Below, one piece after another: positions 30,483-39,934 of a DNA stretch of 64,000 bases (within the stretch, counting starts at the first letter, position 1; each line of letters starts with the position of its first letter). Position numbers and translations under genes: made by a program. The stretch comes from Candidatus Bathyarchaeota archaeon (GTDB lineage Archaea; Thermoproteota; Bathyarchaeia; Hecatellales; Hecatellaceae). Where the stretch lies: NCBI GenBank assembly GCA_052246995.1, contig JBQPWD010000004.1, positions 32,001-96,000 on the forward strand, written 5' to 3'. Below the pieces are notes generated by a model. It was not told the origin of the DNA and searched no databases. It saw nothing but the letters and a program-made list of their open reading frames with translations.

Positions 30483-31211
30483 ATGGTTAAAATAAGTTTA
30501 AAAGAAATTCCTAAAGTTCTTCTGGGCACCTCACCTTTTATTGGTGCAGGTCAGTTTGGTTTAAAAGCCTTAGAGTATTATAAAAACTTTTATCTTAATC
30601 CTTCAAACATTAAAAAAATTGTTAGAAAAAGTTTTGAAGTTGGAGTTAATGGTATTCAGCTTTTACCATTTAAACCAGTTATTGACGCTGTTGATGGGCT
30701 TTTAAAGGAAGGATTAAAGTTTAAAATTGTTAGTACTGTTACATTTGAAAGTTTTAAAAAGAATTTATTAGAAGAGGTTAAAAAGTTAAATCCAGTAGCT
30801 ATTTTACTGCATGCTGAGGTTGCAGATAGATGTAATGAAAACCTTTTTAAGAACTTACTTAGAGAAATTCAATTTAAAGGATATTTAACTGGTTTTGCAA
30901 CTCATCAACCATTAAAAACCTTAAGCTGGATTAAAAATACAAACCTAGAGTACGATATAGTAATGACACCACTAAACATTACTGGAGAATTCATAGATGG
31001 AAAACTTGAAGATTTAATTAAAATTTTAAAAGAGTTAGACAGGTTTGTAATTGCAAAAAAAGTTTTAGCCGCTGGAAAATTAAAACCAAAAGATGCGTTA
31101 GAGTATATTGCTAGGCTTAATTGTGTAAACGCTGTAGCTTTGGGAGTAACATCAGAAAGAGAAATTGAAGAAACTCTGGTATTGGCTAAGAAGATTCTTG
31201 ACAAAATCTAA
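30483..31211 (+). CDS. Hypothetical TIM-barrel protein, aldo/keto-reductase-like
   Basis: LGTSPFIG, ATHQP, PLN..G, IAKKVLAAG, ALGVTS..EIEE. Confidence 0.55.
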   Translation: MVKISLKEIPKVLLGTSPFIGAGQFGLKALEYYKNFYLNPSNIKKIVRKSFEVGVNGIQLLPFKPVIDAVDGLLKEGLKFKIVSTVTFESFKKNLLEEVKKLNPVAILLHAEVADRCNENLFKNLLREIQFKGYLTGFATHQPLKTLSWIKNTNLEYDIVMTPLNITGEFIDGKLEDLIKILKELDRFVIAKKVLAAGKLKPKDALEYIARLNCVNAVALGVTSEREIEETLVLAKKILDKI

Positions 31212-32257
31212 CCTACAGCTTCTTTTCCAACAACCCCAACAAGAAGATTCCATTCTTCACGAGTTTTTACAAAAACTCCACAATTTCCAATTTTAACGTT
31301 TTTTAAACCAACATCCTTCACAGCTAAATAGGTTTTAACCATCTCCATCAGAGTTGGCGGGCGGATACTTTTTAGCTTATAAGCTGGGAAAAAAGCTAAA
31401 ATGGTAAAAGGTATTTCGGGTTTAACCTCGTAAATAATCCTCGCAATTTTAACTATCTGGTCTATTTCAACCCAACCAGGAATGTATAAAGATAAGACTT
31501 CAAGAATAAATCCTTTATCAACAATCCATTCTGGTGTTTTAAGTATCCATTTATTTGTTGTTCCACAAAGCCTTCTATAAACATTTTCATCGTACGCTTT
31601 TATATCAAGCCAAAACGAATCCAAACCTGAGCTGGCCAGTAAATCAAGATTTTCCAAGGTAAGACCATAACCGTTAGTTTCAAGTAGAACTCAAATATTT
31701 TCTCCGCATATTTTTTTAATTTTTTCTGTTGATTGAGCATAAAAATCAGCCTGACAGACAACATCTCCACCAGTAAAAGCTACAATGTTTCTTGCAGGTC
31801 CATAACCTTGGGGGCTAAGAACAACCTGCTCTGGCTTAAGTTTTCCTGGACAAAGGTCACCTTTAACGCCTTTTGTTACACATAAACCACAATGATGGCA
31901 TAAGTCTGTTGCATGAAACATTGTTGCTCTTTCCCGCGGTTCCCAAACAGTAACAATCTCACTATAATCAGCAACCATTTCACCTATCTCATCAGTTGAA
32001 GCCCAAAACCCATCATAACGCTTGGAAAAGCTCCAAGAATGACACTTTAAACAACTATGGTTACAACCACTTTGGTAAATACTAAAATAGTCTTCAGGTC
32101 TAGATAGGTGAGCAGATTTTATTAGTCTAAACCATAAGTTACCCTCTTTTCTTAAAGTTGACAAACACGCAGGCTTATACGACCCGTCAAGCATTTGCGT
32201 AAGACAGCTTCCAGGTGAAAATCCATACTTAACCATTTTACAGTAGGTTCTTTCCAA
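31208..32257 (-). pseudogene. Radical SAM protein interrupted by one in-frame TGA (31691-31693)
   Basis: ORFs 31691-32257 and 31208-31657 share a frame: ...GENI*VLLETNGYGLTLENLD...; CNHSCLKC, FTGGD and LDIKA motifs span both. Confidence 0.8.
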
Positions 32258-32316
32258 TCTAACTTAAAACATTAAATTTTAATGGGAAAAATTTTACGCT
32301 TTAATTGGTGAAGAGC

Positions 32317-32463
32317 ATGGTTTTAGAGTTAAAGGGTCTATGTGAAAAATGCATTAACAACAAATGTAGAAAATGGATTCTTAGAAACATGAATGGCATA
32401 GATGGAGAACTCGTAGTTCATAAATGTGAATTCTATATAGCCAACGATGGTAAAGATTCTTAA
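32317..32463 (+). CDS. Putative 48-aa Cys4 microprotein (absent from ORF track)
   Basis: MVLELKGLCEKCINNKCRKWILRNMNGIDGELVVHKCEFYIANDGKDS*, preceded by a GGTGA ribosome-binding-like site. Confidence 0.55.
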   Translation: MVLELKGLCEKCINNKCRKWILRNMNGIDGELVVHKCEFYIANDGKDS

Positions 32464-32514
32464 AGAGAAGTTAAGCTTAACTTTGTTGCCATTAATATTT
32501 TTAAGGGGAAGTTT

Positions 32515-33288
32515 TTGATTTTAAGTCTTTCAAACTGGCCCTTTTTCCACTATCCTTTACATGAAAGCATTAAAAAAGTTAAAGATTTTAACTTAAACAA
32601 CATGGAGTTTAACATGAAATGCGTTGAAAACAAAGCTTTAGAATGCTTAAATAAAGTTGGAGAGATAGTTAAAACCTACGGTATAAATTGTCCTTCGGTT
32701 CACAGTATCGTTATCTATGCCGAAGATGAAAAACACGTTAAAGACGTTATTCATATCGCCAAACTTTCATTAAACTATGTATCTAAGCTATCATCAGAAA
32801 TTCTTGTAATTCATTCAAACATTTCAAGAAACGTAGAGAAAGAATTAAGAAGAAAAATTTTGGCTGATACTTTTCCCTACATTAAAGATTACGCTGAAGG
32901 TTTGAATGTAAAACTAGCTCTAGAAAACTCCGCGCCTTACAGCCAAGGTTATGGTAGAACTGTTAATGAGGTTGAAGAAATATTGGATATTGTAGGTAGG
33001 GATAAAATGTTTTTAACGCTAGATTATGCTCATAGCCAAGCACTAGATCAAACAAAAGATTTTCTTGAAAAATTCTCCCAAAAGTTGGTTAACGTTCATT
33101 TAAGCATGTTTAAACATTCACTAATAGAAAAGGAAAACATACCAGAACTGAAAGAATTTCTTCTTCAACTTAAAAGGCTAGGTTACAATGGACCACTAAC
33201 AATTGAAGTAAACCCAAAATGTGGAGAGAAGGGTGTAGAAAAAACTATTTATTATGTTAGATGGTTAATAAGAGAGTTCTTAAAGTAA
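32515..33288 (+). CDS. Sugar phosphate isomerase/epimerase (xylose isomerase-like TIM barrel)
   Basis: LALEN, LTLDYAH, VHLS and GYNGPLTIE metal-binding pattern. Confidence 0.82.
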   Translation: MILSLSNWPFFHYPLHESIKKVKDFNLNNMEFNMKCVENKALECLNKVGEIVKTYGINCPSVHSIVIYAEDEKHVKDVIHIAKLSLNYVSKLSSEILVIHSNISRNVEKELRRKILADTFPYIKDYAEGLNVKLALENSAPYSQGYGRTVNEVEEILDIVGRDKMFLTLDYAHSQALDQTKDFLEKFSQKLVNVHLSMFKHSLIEKENIPELKEFLLQLKRLGYNGPLTIEVNPKCGEKGVEKTIYYVRWLIREFLK

Positions 33289-33461
33289 ATTTTTATTAAC
33301 CAAAACTAATTTTTGTCAGAGACTGTGATCAGGCGATTAATACTTTCCTTCAATAAGCATCCTACTTGGAAGGTTATAAAAGTTTAAATTGCTTTTATTT
33401 AACATTTAGTAGGAATTTTAAAGGAAAAACAACCGAAAAGTTTTAGAAACACGGGGATAAA

Positions 33462-34691
33462 ATGAGAAGAGTTTTCTCAGGTGTTAAGGTGCTTTATGGT
33501 GAAGAATTTAAACTCGTTAAAGATTGCTACATTCTAATAGATGAAGATGGTAAAATCGCTGAAATAGGACAAGGAAGTTTTGAGGGTAGTGATGTTGTTA
33601 ACTGTAGGGGGCTGCTTGCCATTCCGAGCTTTATTAATGCTCATTCACATATTGGAGATTCATTTGCAAAAGAAAGAGGGTATGGTGTTGAATTTACAAA
33701 AATTGTAAAACCTCCAAATGGTTTGAAGCATAAGCTTCTTAAAAAGGAAAAAGCTAGAACGGTTGTTGAAGCCATAAAAACAACTTTAAAGGATATGCTA
33801 GCTTCAGGTATAACGATCTTTGCAGATTTTAGGGAGAATGGAGTTAAAGGAGTTGAAATTTTAAGAGAGGCTCTAAAAAAATTTAAGGTTTACTCTATAA
33901 TCTTTGGTAGGCCCTCCATATATATGAATGAAGAAACACTTAAAGAAAATTTGAAACCGTTACATTGGAAAATTTTAAAGGAGGTTTCTAACCTTTTAGA
34001 GGTTGCTGATGGTATAGGATTAAGCAGTCCAAATGAGTATACTGATAAGGCTTTAATGCAAATTTCAAGCATCTTTAAAGGTAAGAAGCTTATAGCAACT
34101 CATGCCGCGGAACATCCAGAGTCTAATAAGATTTCATTTGAAAGGTCAGGTTATAGTGAAGTATATAGGGCTTTAAAAATTCTTAAGGCAGATGTTTTAG
34201 TTCATCTAACCAATGCATCAGAGGATGATTTAGAAATGGTTAAAGATGAAAAAGTTGGAGTTGTTGTATGCCCAAGAGCTAACAGCATACTTGGTGTAGG
34301 TTTTCCACCAGTAAAGAAACTTATGGACATGGATGTGAATGTTGCCTTAGGTTCTGACAATGTTATGGTTAATCAGCCTGACATGTTTAGGGAGATGGAT
34401 TACATCCTAAGGTTTACAAATGCCTTGGAAAAAAAGCCGTCAACCTTAAAACCTGAAGAGGTTTTTAAAATGTCAACAATCAATGCTGCCAAGGTTTTAA
34501 AAATAGAGGATAAGTTTGGTTCAATTGAAGAAGGAAAAATCGCGAACCTAGTTTTTATTAACCCAAACGATTTGAACCTTCAATATACAAGTAAGCTTTT
34601 AACAACTATTATTCTTAGGGGAAGAAATGAAAACATTAAACTTGTAACATACCATGGTGAAACCGTTTTTCAAAGAGAAAAAATTTCTTAA
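33462..34691 (+). CDS. Amidohydrolase family deaminase
   Basis: NAHSHIGD, HAAE, VH, CPRAN, LGSDN. Confidence 0.88.
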   Translation: MRRVFSGVKVLYGEEFKLVKDCYILIDEDGKIAEIGQGSFEGSDVVNCRGLLAIPSFINAHSHIGDSFAKERGYGVEFTKIVKPPNGLKHKLLKKEKARTVVEAIKTTLKDMLASGITIFADFRENGVKGVEILREALKKFKVYSIIFGRPSIYMNEETLKENLKPLHWKILKEVSNLLEVADGIGLSSPNEYTDKALMQISSIFKGKKLIATHAAEHPESNKISFERSGYSEVYRALKILKADVLVHLTNASEDDLEMVKDEKVGVVVCPRANSILGVGFPPVKKLMDMDVNVALGSDNVMVNQPDMFREMDYILRFTNALEKKPSTLKPEEVFKMSTINAAKVLKIEDKFGSIEEGKIANLVFINPNDLNLQYTSKLLTTIILRGRNENIKLVTYHGETVFQREKIS

Positions 34692-34714
34692 ATTTTTAAA
34701 GCAAATTTCCATAG

Positions 34715-35509
34715 CTATTTCCCTTTCCAAGCAGGCTGCCTTTTTTCAAGGAAAGCTGTTACACCTTCTTTTGCATCTTCTGAACTTATATGGGTTGCAA
34801 GTATCTCTCCAGCCATAGCTAAAGCTTTAAAGTACTCCGTGTCAAGACAGCGGTAAACAGCTGATTTAAGCGACCTAAGAGCTGCTGCACTTTTACTTAA
34901 AAGTTTATTAACATACTCTGCTGTAGCTTCTTCTAGCTTTTCATGAGGTACAACCTTATTAACCAAGCCTATTTTTTCAGCATCCTTAGCTGGAATCATA
35001 TCCCCAAAATACATCAACTCTAAAGCTTTTCTAAGTCCAATTAAGCGTGGAAGCTGAGCTACAGCTATACCTGGAAAAACTCCAACATTTATTTCAGGTA
35101 AACCAAACATGGCTTTTTCTGAGGCAATTATAAGGTCTGTGGAGCATGCAAGCTCACATCCTCCTCCAAGAGCTAAGCCGTTTACCGATGCAATTGTAGG
35201 TTTACCTGAATGATAAAGAATACGTATCACATCGTAGAAGCCGTAAAATTCGCCTGAAACTCGGAATTCGTATGGGGTTTTACCTTTAAAATCACCTATG
35301 TCAAATCCAGCTGAGAAGGCTCTGTCACCAGCTCCTGTAATAACTATAACTTTAACATCTTCATCATCACGAGCATCCTGCAAAGCTAAACAAAGCTCCT
35401 TAAGAGTTTTAATGCTCAGAGCGTTTAAAACCCGCGGCCTGTTTAATGTTATTTTTGCAACTTTGTTTTTCTTTTCATAGACTATATTTTCAAAGCTTAA
35501 AGTCAACAA
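34715..35509 (-). CDS. Enoyl-CoA hydratase (both catalytic Glu present)
   Basis: FSAGFD, GGGCE, PEINVG. Confidence 0.92.
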   Translation of the reverse strand: MLTLSFENIVYEKKNKVAKITLNRPRVLNALSIKTLKELCLALQDARDDEDVKVIVITGAGDRAFSAGFDIGDFKGKTPYEFRVSGEFYGFYDVIRILYHSGKPTIASVNGLALGGGCELACSTDLIIASEKAMFGLPEINVGVFPGIAVAQLPRLIGLRKALELMYFGDMIPAKDAEKIGLVNKVVPHEKLEEATAEYVNKLLSKSAAALRSLKSAVYRCLDTEYFKALAMAGEILATHISSEDAKEGVTAFLEKRQPAWKGK

Positions 35510-35564
35510 TTTTCACCTCAACATAATGATGCAATTAAATATTATAGTTTTTTAAACCTAAAAT

Positions 35565-36257
35565 ATGTTAGGGTTAACATTGACTGTCCAGAAGGAAAAG
35601 CCTTATGTAATTTTAAGTGCAGCCATGACTTTAGATGGTAAAATTGCAACAAAAACCCGTGATTCTGAAATTTCAAGTTTAGAGGATTGGGAGAGAGTTT
35701 ATAGGTTAAGGTCTGAGGTTGATGCATTAATGATAGGTATAAACACTCTACTTACTGATAATCCAAAGATAACTCTGAAGTATCCTCGAAAAAAACCACT
35801 TATAAAAGTTGTTGTTGATAGTTTAGCGAAAACGCCTAAAGATGCAAAAATCCTTCAGAATAAGGATGGAAGTGTGGTTGTTATTGCTGTTACTGAGAAT
35901 GCGCCAAAGGATAAAGTTGAAGAACTTAAAAAAGCTGGCGCTGAAATTATTTTTGCTGGTTCCGGTAGGAGGGTTGACCTTAAGCATCTTCTTAGAAGTT
36001 TATGGGATATGGGGGTAAGAAGTGTTATGGTTGAAGGAGGTGGAACGTTAAACTGGAGCTTGGTGAGTGAGGGTTTGGTTGATGAAGTCAGAGTTTCAGT
36101 AGCACCTATCATTGTTGGAGGTAAAGATTCTTTAACTATTGTTGAAGGGGAAGGATACAACAGAGTTAAGGATGGACTTAAGCTTAGACTTACAAATGTT
36201 GAGGTGATTAACAGTGATGTTGTTGTATTGACCTATAAAAGGGTAATAGAGGAATAA
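35565..36257 (+). CDS. 2,5-diamino-6-(ribosylamino)-4(3H)-pyrimidinone 5'-phosphate reductase (RibD_C/Rib7 type)
   Basis: AMTLDGKIA, DALMIGINT..DNP, VEGGGTL. Confidence 0.9.
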   Translation: MLGLTLTVQKEKPYVILSAAMTLDGKIATKTRDSEISSLEDWERVYRLRSEVDALMIGINTLLTDNPKITLKYPRKKPLIKVVVDSLAKTPKDAKILQNKDGSVVVIAVTENAPKDKVEELKKAGAEIIFAGSGRRVDLKHLLRSLWDMGVRSVMVEGGGTLNWSLVSEGLVDEVRVSVAPIIVGGKDSLTIVEGEGYNRVKDGLKLRLTNVEVINSDVVVLTYKRVIEE

Positions 36258-36302
36258 TAACTACTGTCCACTACTACGAGTGAAAGAGGGATTGCAACTT
36301 AT

Positions 36303-37574
36303 TTGAATAAGTTAAATGAAGCTTTAACTTTAAAAAACTTGGATAGAGTTAAACACGTTCTTTTAACTAAAGGCTTGGATGAAATTTCAAGAGAAGTTGA
36401 TAGCAATCTTAGGGAAATTCTGTTTAGAAGGGTTGAAGGACGATACTTAAGTGCTGATGAATGCTACCTGCTTAAGAATACTAAATTTGAAGAATTACCA
36501 ATGCTTTTAATGGTTGCATTTTTAATAAAAATTAAAAAGAAGGAGAAAAAGCTAAGCTTTTCAAAAAAAGTTTTCATACCTTTAACCAATCTTTGCAGAA
36601 ACTTTTGTAAATACTGCGGGTTTAGGAAAACACCTTGGAATGGGGGGAGGTTTTTAAAACCAAAAGAAGTTTTGGAAATTGCAAGGTTAGGTGAGAAGTG
36701 TAATTGCCATGAAGCACTTTTTACTCTTGGAGAAAAACCTGAAGAAAAATATGTTGAAGCAAAAAGACAACTAGCATGGATGGGATATAGAAGCACTATT
36801 GAATATTTAAGGGATATGTGTGATTTGGTTCTATCTAAAACTAGGCTTTTTCCACATAGCAACCCTGGAGTTTTAGAGAGTGATGAATTAAAGATTTTAA
36901 AGGAGGTTAACGTTAGCATGGGTTTAATGCTTGAAAATATCAGTATAAGACTTTGTAAAAGGGGTGGACCTCATGAGTTTAGTCCAGGGAAAAATCCTAA
37001 AATACGGTTAAAAGTTTTAGAAGAAGCAGGCAGACTTAAAATAGCGTTTACAACAGGAATTCTTCTGGGTATTGGTGAAAACTGGAAAGAGTTTATTGAT
37101 TCACTTTTAATTTTAAGAAATGTTTATAGAAGATTTAAGCATATTCAAGAGGTTATTATTCAACCGTTTGTAGCTAAAACTGGAACACCCATGGAAAGGC
37201 ATCCGCAACCATCAACATTAGACCTTATTAAGGCTATAGCTATTTCTAGGATAGCTCTTGATGATGAAATAAACATCCAAACACCACCAAACCTTCCAGA
37301 AAAAAAAGCATTAACCATTCTACCATTTTGCGGGATAAATGATTGGGGTGGAATTTCTCCTGTAACATCAGACTATATTAACCCTGAAAAACCCTGGCCC
37401 AAAATTTGTGAACTTAAAAACTTAAGTTTTAGCTGTGGGTTTATTTTAAAAGAACGTTTACCAATTTACCCAGAGTACATTACAAAGGAATTTAAATTTA
37501 TTCCGGAAAATATTAGAGATAAGGTTTTAAGTGTAGTTGATGAAGAAGGCTACGTAAGAGAGGATTTATCATAG
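36303..37574 (+). CDS. cofG: FO synthase subunit 1
   Basis: FIPLTNLCRNFCKYC, EALFTLGEKP, PHSNPG, SMGLMLE, NDWGGISP, INPE.PWP. Confidence 0.93.
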   Translation: MNKLNEALTLKNLDRVKHVLLTKGLDEISREVDSNLREILFRRVEGRYLSADECYLLKNTKFEELPMLLMVAFLIKIKKKEKKLSFSKKVFIPLTNLCRNFCKYCGFRKTPWNGGRFLKPKEVLEIARLGEKCNCHEALFTLGEKPEEKYVEAKRQLAWMGYRSTIEYLRDMCDLVLSKTRLFPHSNPGVLESDELKILKEVNVSMGLMLENISIRLCKRGGPHEFSPGKNPKIRLKVLEEAGRLKIAFTTGILLGIGENWKEFIDSLLILRNVYRRFKHIQEVIIQPFVAKTGTPMERHPQPSTLDLIKAIAISRIALDDEINIQTPPNLPEKKALTILPFCGINDWGGISPVTSDYINPEKPWPKICELKNLSFSCGFILKERLPIYPEYITKEFKFIPENIRDKVLSVVDEEGYVREDLS

Positions 37575-38708
37575 TTGTACACGTTTAAGGAAGAATTTTT
37601 TAAAAGTTTAGATTCTGATACTTCAAGTATTCTAGATAAAGCCTTAAATGGGAAGGAAATTTCTGAAAAAGAAGCTTTAAAGCTTTTTACTGTGAAAGGT
37701 ATAAATTTTCATGCATTAATTCTCGTGGCAGACTGGTTAAGGTTTAAGAGGGTTGGCGATATTGTAACCTTTGTTTGTAATAGAAACATTAACTTTACAA
37801 ATGTATGCCAAATTAGATGCGATTTTTGTGCTTTTAGTAGAGATTTAAATTCACCGGATGCATACCTTTTAAAGCCTAGCGATGTCCTGGCTAAGGCAAA
37901 GGAGGCATGGCTTAAAGGAGCAACCGAAGTTTGCATTCAGGGAGGGATAAACCCAGTTTTAGATTTAACCTACTATGAGGAAGTTTTAAAAGCGATTAAA
38001 AAAGAAATACCTAAAATTCATATTCATGCATTTTCACCAATGGAAATTGCCTACATGAGTTGGAAAAGTGGATTAATGTTTGATGAAGTTTTAGTTAGAC
38101 TTAAAGAAGCGGGACTTGATAGTATGCCTGGAACAGCGGCAGAAATTCTTGTTGATGAGGTTAGAAGGAAAATTTGTTCAAGAAAAATTGGAAGCCATGA
38201 GTGGATTAAAATTATAACAACCGCCCACAAACTTGGGATACCTACAACCGCAACCGTAATGTATGGGCATGCAGAAAGTTTAGAGAATTTAGTTACACAC
38301 CTAAAAGTTTTAAGAAACATTCAAAAAGAAACTAAAGGATTTACGGAATTTATTCCTTTAACATTTGTCCACTGGAAAACCCCCCTATACCTTAAAGGTG
38401 GGGTTAAGGCTGGAGCAACTGGTGCAGAAGACCTTAAGCTCTACGCTATTTCAAGGTTGTTTTTTAACGGAGTAATAGACAATATTCAAGTTTCATGGGT
38501 TAAGCTTGGAGCTAAATTTGCTCAAGTAGCTTTAACCGCAGGTGCAAATGACTTTGGCGGAACATTGATGGAGGAGAATATTTCAAAAAGTGCAGGTGCA
38601 ACTGCAGGTGAAAACATGTGCGTAGATGAGGTTGTCAGGTTGATAAGAGATTTGGGAAGGATACCCGCTCAAAGAACAACAACATATAAAATACTGAAAA
38701 AATTTTAA
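37575..38708 (+). CDS. cofH: FO synthase subunit 2
   Basis: NRNINFTNVC..RC.FCAF, GATEVCIQGG, HAFSPME, PGTAAEIL, GGTLMEENIS. Confidence 0.93.
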   Translation: MYTFKEEFFKSLDSDTSSILDKALNGKEISEKEALKLFTVKGINFHALILVADWLRFKRVGDIVTFVCNRNINFTNVCQIRCDFCAFSRDLNSPDAYLLKPSDVLAKAKEAWLKGATEVCIQGGINPVLDLTYYEEVLKAIKKEIPKIHIHAFSPMEIAYMSWKSGLMFDEVLVRLKEAGLDSMPGTAAEILVDEVRRKICSRKIGSHEWIKIITTAHKLGIPTTATVMYGHAESLENLVTHLKVLRNIQKETKGFTEFIPLTFVHWKTPLYLKGGVKAGATGAEDLKLYAISRLFFNGVIDNIQVSWVKLGAKFAQVALTAGANDFGGTLMEENISKSAGATAGENMCVDEVVRLIRDLGRIPAQRTTTYKILKKF

Positions 38709-39502
38709 GCTTGTTCTTTACTCCTTCTCCTTTCTAGAAATTCTTTAACAATTTTTAAATGTTCTTCAGATTTTAGGCATAAACTTTGAACAGTAGATTC
38801 AAGATTTAAAGTGGATTTTAAGTCTAAGCTAATTCCCATGTTTAAAACCATTTTAGCTAAACTTAAAGCTTTCCCTGGATTTTTAACTAGTTTTTCTACT
38901 AACTTGTTTACTTCCTCTTCAAGCTTTTCTTTCGGGACAACCTTATTAACTAAGCCTATTTTTTCAGCTTCATAGGCGCCAATAATATCACCAGTTAGGA
39001 TAAGTTCCTTAGCTTTTAAAAGTCCAATAATCTTCGGTAAAAAGAATGTTGCACCACTATCCTGAATAAGCCCAATCCTACTAAATATCTGCGAAAATCT
39101 TGCATTTTCAGATGCGATTATAAAGTCGCATGCTAATGCAATGCAAAAACCTGCACCAGCAGCATCTCCATCAACTACAGCAATAGTAATTTTTGGAAGA
39201 TTTGCAATTCTATGGATAACTTCTAGATGAAAAAAATCTATTCTTCTCTTAATTTCTGCTGGTTCAAGTTGGTGGAAAATTTGAAGTTGAGAAAAATCCG
39301 CGCCAGCGGAAAAGGAACCTCCAGCACCAGATATAATAACAATCTTAACATTTTCATCAAACTCAACATTTTTAAGGGCCTCAACTACTTCTCGAGTTGT
39401 TTCTTCGTCTAAGGCATTCTTTACTCGGGGTCTATTGATAATTATCTTTGCAACAACACCACTTTTCTCAAAAATTATGTTTTTAAACATAAAATCCCAC
39501 AA
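38705..39502 (-). CDS. Enoyl-CoA hydratase/isomerase, PaaG-like (Asp type)
   Basis: FSAGAD, AAGAG without Glu, F.RIGL..DSG. Confidence 0.88.
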   Translation of the reverse strand: MWDFMFKNIIFEKSGVVAKIIINRPRVKNALDEETTREVVEALKNVEFDENVKIVIISGAGGSFSAGADFSQLQIFHQLEPAEIKRRIDFFHLEVIHRIANLPKITIAVVDGDAAGAGFCIALACDFIIASENARFSQIFSRIGLIQDSGATFFLPKIIGLLKAKELILTGDIIGAYEAEKIGLVNKVVPKEKLEEEVNKLVEKLVKNPGKALSLAKMVLNMGISLDLKSTLNLESTVQSLCLKSEEHLKIVKEFLERRRSKEQA

Positions 39503-39644
39503 AGGATAGTTATGCTAAGTTAGGGTTTAAATTAGTTGTTATAAGAAGCCTATAGAAAAATTTTCTGTTTAGCAGACGTTAAAGAGTTAATGTTTTATAT
39601 TTGCTTATGGTAGTTTTATAGTAATTTGGAATAACTAGGTACAA

Positions 39645-39929
39645 GTGGTGATGAAGAAATTGGTTAGTGATAAGGTTCTAGGTGGTTTAATGTTTGTTGG
39701 AGGGGTTATAGTGTTTATTATCTATGCTTGGGCCTTATTCTTCGCTGGCGGGGTAGCGTGGTGGTGGGCTATCAGCATTGTTGCGATTGTTGCTGTTGGA
39801 GCAGTATGTGTAATAATAGCTTGGGTTGGTTATACTCTACTTACTACACCTGCACCAAGCCCGGTAACGCTTGAACCTGAACCTGAAACCGGTAAGGTTG
39901 AAGAAGAGAAGAGTGAAGAAACAAAATAA
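39645..39929 (+). CDS. Small two-helix membrane protein
   Basis: Two hydrophobic helices, WVGYTLLTTP, acidic tail. Confidence 0.7.
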   Translation: MVMKKLVSDKVLGGLMFVGGVIVFIIYAWALFFAGGVAWWWAISIVAIVAVGAVCVIIAWVGYTLLTTPAPSPVTLEPEPETGKVEEEKSEETK

Positions 39930-39934
39930 GGAGG

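Noticed and set aside
31691-31693. Selenocysteine or genome-wide TGA reassignment
   Set aside because: TGA ends several genes in this window, the site is not in a Cys motif, and no SECIS was recognised.
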